Of a stretch of 27,954 nucleotides of DNA, positions 26,602 through 27,954 are shown piece by piece (within the stretch, counting starts at the first letter, position 1; the number at the start of each line of letters is the position of its first letter). The stretch lies in IMG/VR virus record IMGVR_UViG_3300024042_000043, positions 1 to 27,954 of that record; one strand, 5' to 3'. The position numbers were made by a program, and so were the translations under genes. Below the pieces are notes generated by a model. That model made no database searches. It was given only the letters and a program-made list of their open reading frames with translations, and was not told the DNA's origin. This stretch comes from a virus (lineage: Duplodnaviria; Caudoviricetes).

Positions 26602-27954
26602 ATGAAAAAAATATTCATTACATTCATTTTAGCTTTATGTGCAACGGTACTAAACGCACAAGTTAAAGTATTGGGCAAAATAGAACCCAATGGACCTACT
26701 GATACCTACCCTACCCATGTAGATAGTTTGGGTAAAGGAGGATTAATTGCAGTAGGTTCCTGGCAGGAACGTAACGCCATCCCTTTGGCCCGCAGAAAGG
26801 CGGGAATGTTGATACGGGTGAAATCCGCTACGGTAGATAGTACATATACTTTAGGTGTCAGCTTAACCAATGCGAATTGGACGCCATTTTTAACTGGCCC
26901 CAACATCACTACAAGCGGTGCTTTGCAGAAGCTCGGCAATGACATCTCTATAAAAAATAGTCCTTTATTCGAAGGGCAAGTAGCCATTACATCTGCAGGA
27001 AGCTTGAATGTCTATACAGGCAGTTACAACGGTGGGCTTTCGCACAACAACGAAGCCGACGGAAGCTTAAAAACAGTAACCATGAGGGCTGGGGGAAATG
27101 CGACAGGAAATACCGCCGACTTCTATACTTCCTCAGGACTTAATGCTTACACATTTGACAAACCTATTAAAATCAATGGCGTTAACGTTGCAACGATCAG
27201 TGACATTTCTGGTCCTGTAGATATTAGCGGCAAAGAGGATAAGTCAAATAAGGTGACAAGTTTGGCCGTAGCCGATAATAGCACTTATCCAACGACACAG
27301 GCAGTAACTACCGGATTGGCTACTAAAGCAGGTTTAAGTAGTCACAACAGCTACAGCGGCTTTAATTCCTTCTATGAAGATGTTCGCTTAGGATACACTA
27401 AAAAATTTAATCTAGAAGGAAATAGTACATTTAGCCTACAATCCACTAATGGAGATCAATTGGTTATAGCGAATGACTCAAACGACGGAGGTGGTCAGAT
27501 TGCAACTAATATAAACTTTAGGATTAACAACGCCTTGATCGCTACTACAGGACAATTCGACGAAGGGCTTTCTGTAAGAGGATCTATTGACAATGATCAA
27601 CCTTCAGACATAGCTAGATTTAACAGAGTTAAAGCCAAATTTGCTCCAACAGATAACGATGATGTCGTTAGATACCAAGACATCCCGAAAATGTTTACCT
27701 ATACAACAAGTGGGAATGGTACAACTTATGAATTTACCATTCCCCATGGATTAAGCTACACGCCTACAATGGTTATAGTTACAGGAAATAGCCCCGACGC
27801 TGTAGCAGTCGATGGAGGGGGAGCAATGATTACACCTTGGGCGAGAATATCTGGAAGTAACATAATCATAAGTTATGATTGGCCTTCTGTGGCTCTTGGC
27901 GGAAGTCCTGTTTCTGGAATCAACAACCTTACTTGGACTATAATGGTCAAATAG
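26602..27954 (+). CDS. Signal-peptide-bearing tail-fibre-like protein, paralog 4
   Basis: SPI signal; conserved N-domain (60/64 identical to paralog 2); shared C-domain. Confidence 0.75.
   Translation: MKKIFITFILALCATVLNAQVKVLGKIEPNGPTDTYPTHVDSLGKGGLIAVGSWQERNAIPLARRKAGMLIRVKSATVDSTYTLGVSLTNANWTPFLTGPNITTSGALQKLGNDISIKNSPLFEGQVAITSAGSLNVYTGSYNGGLSHNNEADGSLKTVTMRAGGNATGNTADFYTSSGLNAYTFDKPIKINGVNVATISDISGPVDISGKEDKSNKVTSLAVADNSTYPTTQAVTTGLATKAGLSSHNSYSGFNSFYEDVRLGYTKKFNLEGNSTFSLQSTNGDQLVIANDSNDGGGQIATNINFRINNALIATTGQFDEGLSVRGSIDNDQPSDIARFNRVKAKFAPTDNDDVVRYQDIPKMFTYTTSGNGTTYEFTIPHGLSYTPTMVIVTGNSPDAVAVDGGGAMITPWARISGSNIIISYDWPSVALGGSPVSGINNLTWTIMVK

Larger units (their letters stand above)
1..27954. 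mobile_element. Mu-like (transposable) prophage-derived element, head-less; ends not in window
   Basis: Order repressor / Ner-like / DDE transposase / MuB-like ATPase / DUF3164-like / Mor-like regulator / lysin / contractile tail matches Mu-like prophages; no head or packaging genes recognised. Confidence 0.85.

Noticed and set aside
1076-26987. Many 60-170 aa ORFs antisense or out of frame to long genes (e.g. 4128-4559, 15162-15671, 17946-18371, 23429-23677, 26706-26987)
   Set aside because: Largely or wholly overlap well-supported genes; similarity among some merely mirrors the repeated N-domain
20928-27954. Diversity-generating retroelement or invertase shufflon
   Set aside because: No reverse transcriptase or site-specific recombinase in the window; every paralog has its own start and signal peptide; differences are not adenine-specific
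20047-27954. T9SS cargo or lipoproteins
   Set aside because: No recognisable T9SS C-terminal domain and no lipobox Cys at the cleavage site; the TIMVK domain could still be tested by HMM
1-27954. CRISPR array, tRNA/rRNA, Mu att ends
   Set aside because: No regularly spaced repeats or RNA-gene signatures noticed; the window begins and ends at stop codons, so element termini are not visible

Overview
Bacteroidota-type DNA (A|Q signal peptides, TAnnTTTG -7 promoters) carrying a Mu-like transposable-phage-derived element. Left part (1-5949): S24/CI-like repressor, Ner/Cro-like HTH, apparently intact MuA-like DDE transposase, MuB-like ATPase, a second P-loop ATPase, small ORFs and a DUF3164-like gene. 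Middle (8094-9808): Mor-like small HTH regulator, two leftward tail genes, a divergent late-promoter region and a CHAP endolysin. Right part (10361-20047): an apparently complete contractile-tail/baseplate operon. No capsid, portal, terminase or prohead-protease gene is recognisable in the window, so this looks like a headless, tailocin-like element that still keeps its transposition machinery. The tail operon runs directly into four genes (20047-27954) whose products all carry Sec signal peptides. Three of them are tail-fibre-like paralogs with a near-identical 64-aa N-domain, mosaic variable middles and a shared C-domain, and a fourth paralog sits inverted at 6310-7992. Family names come from motif recognition and synteny only, with no database search; the element ends lie outside the window.
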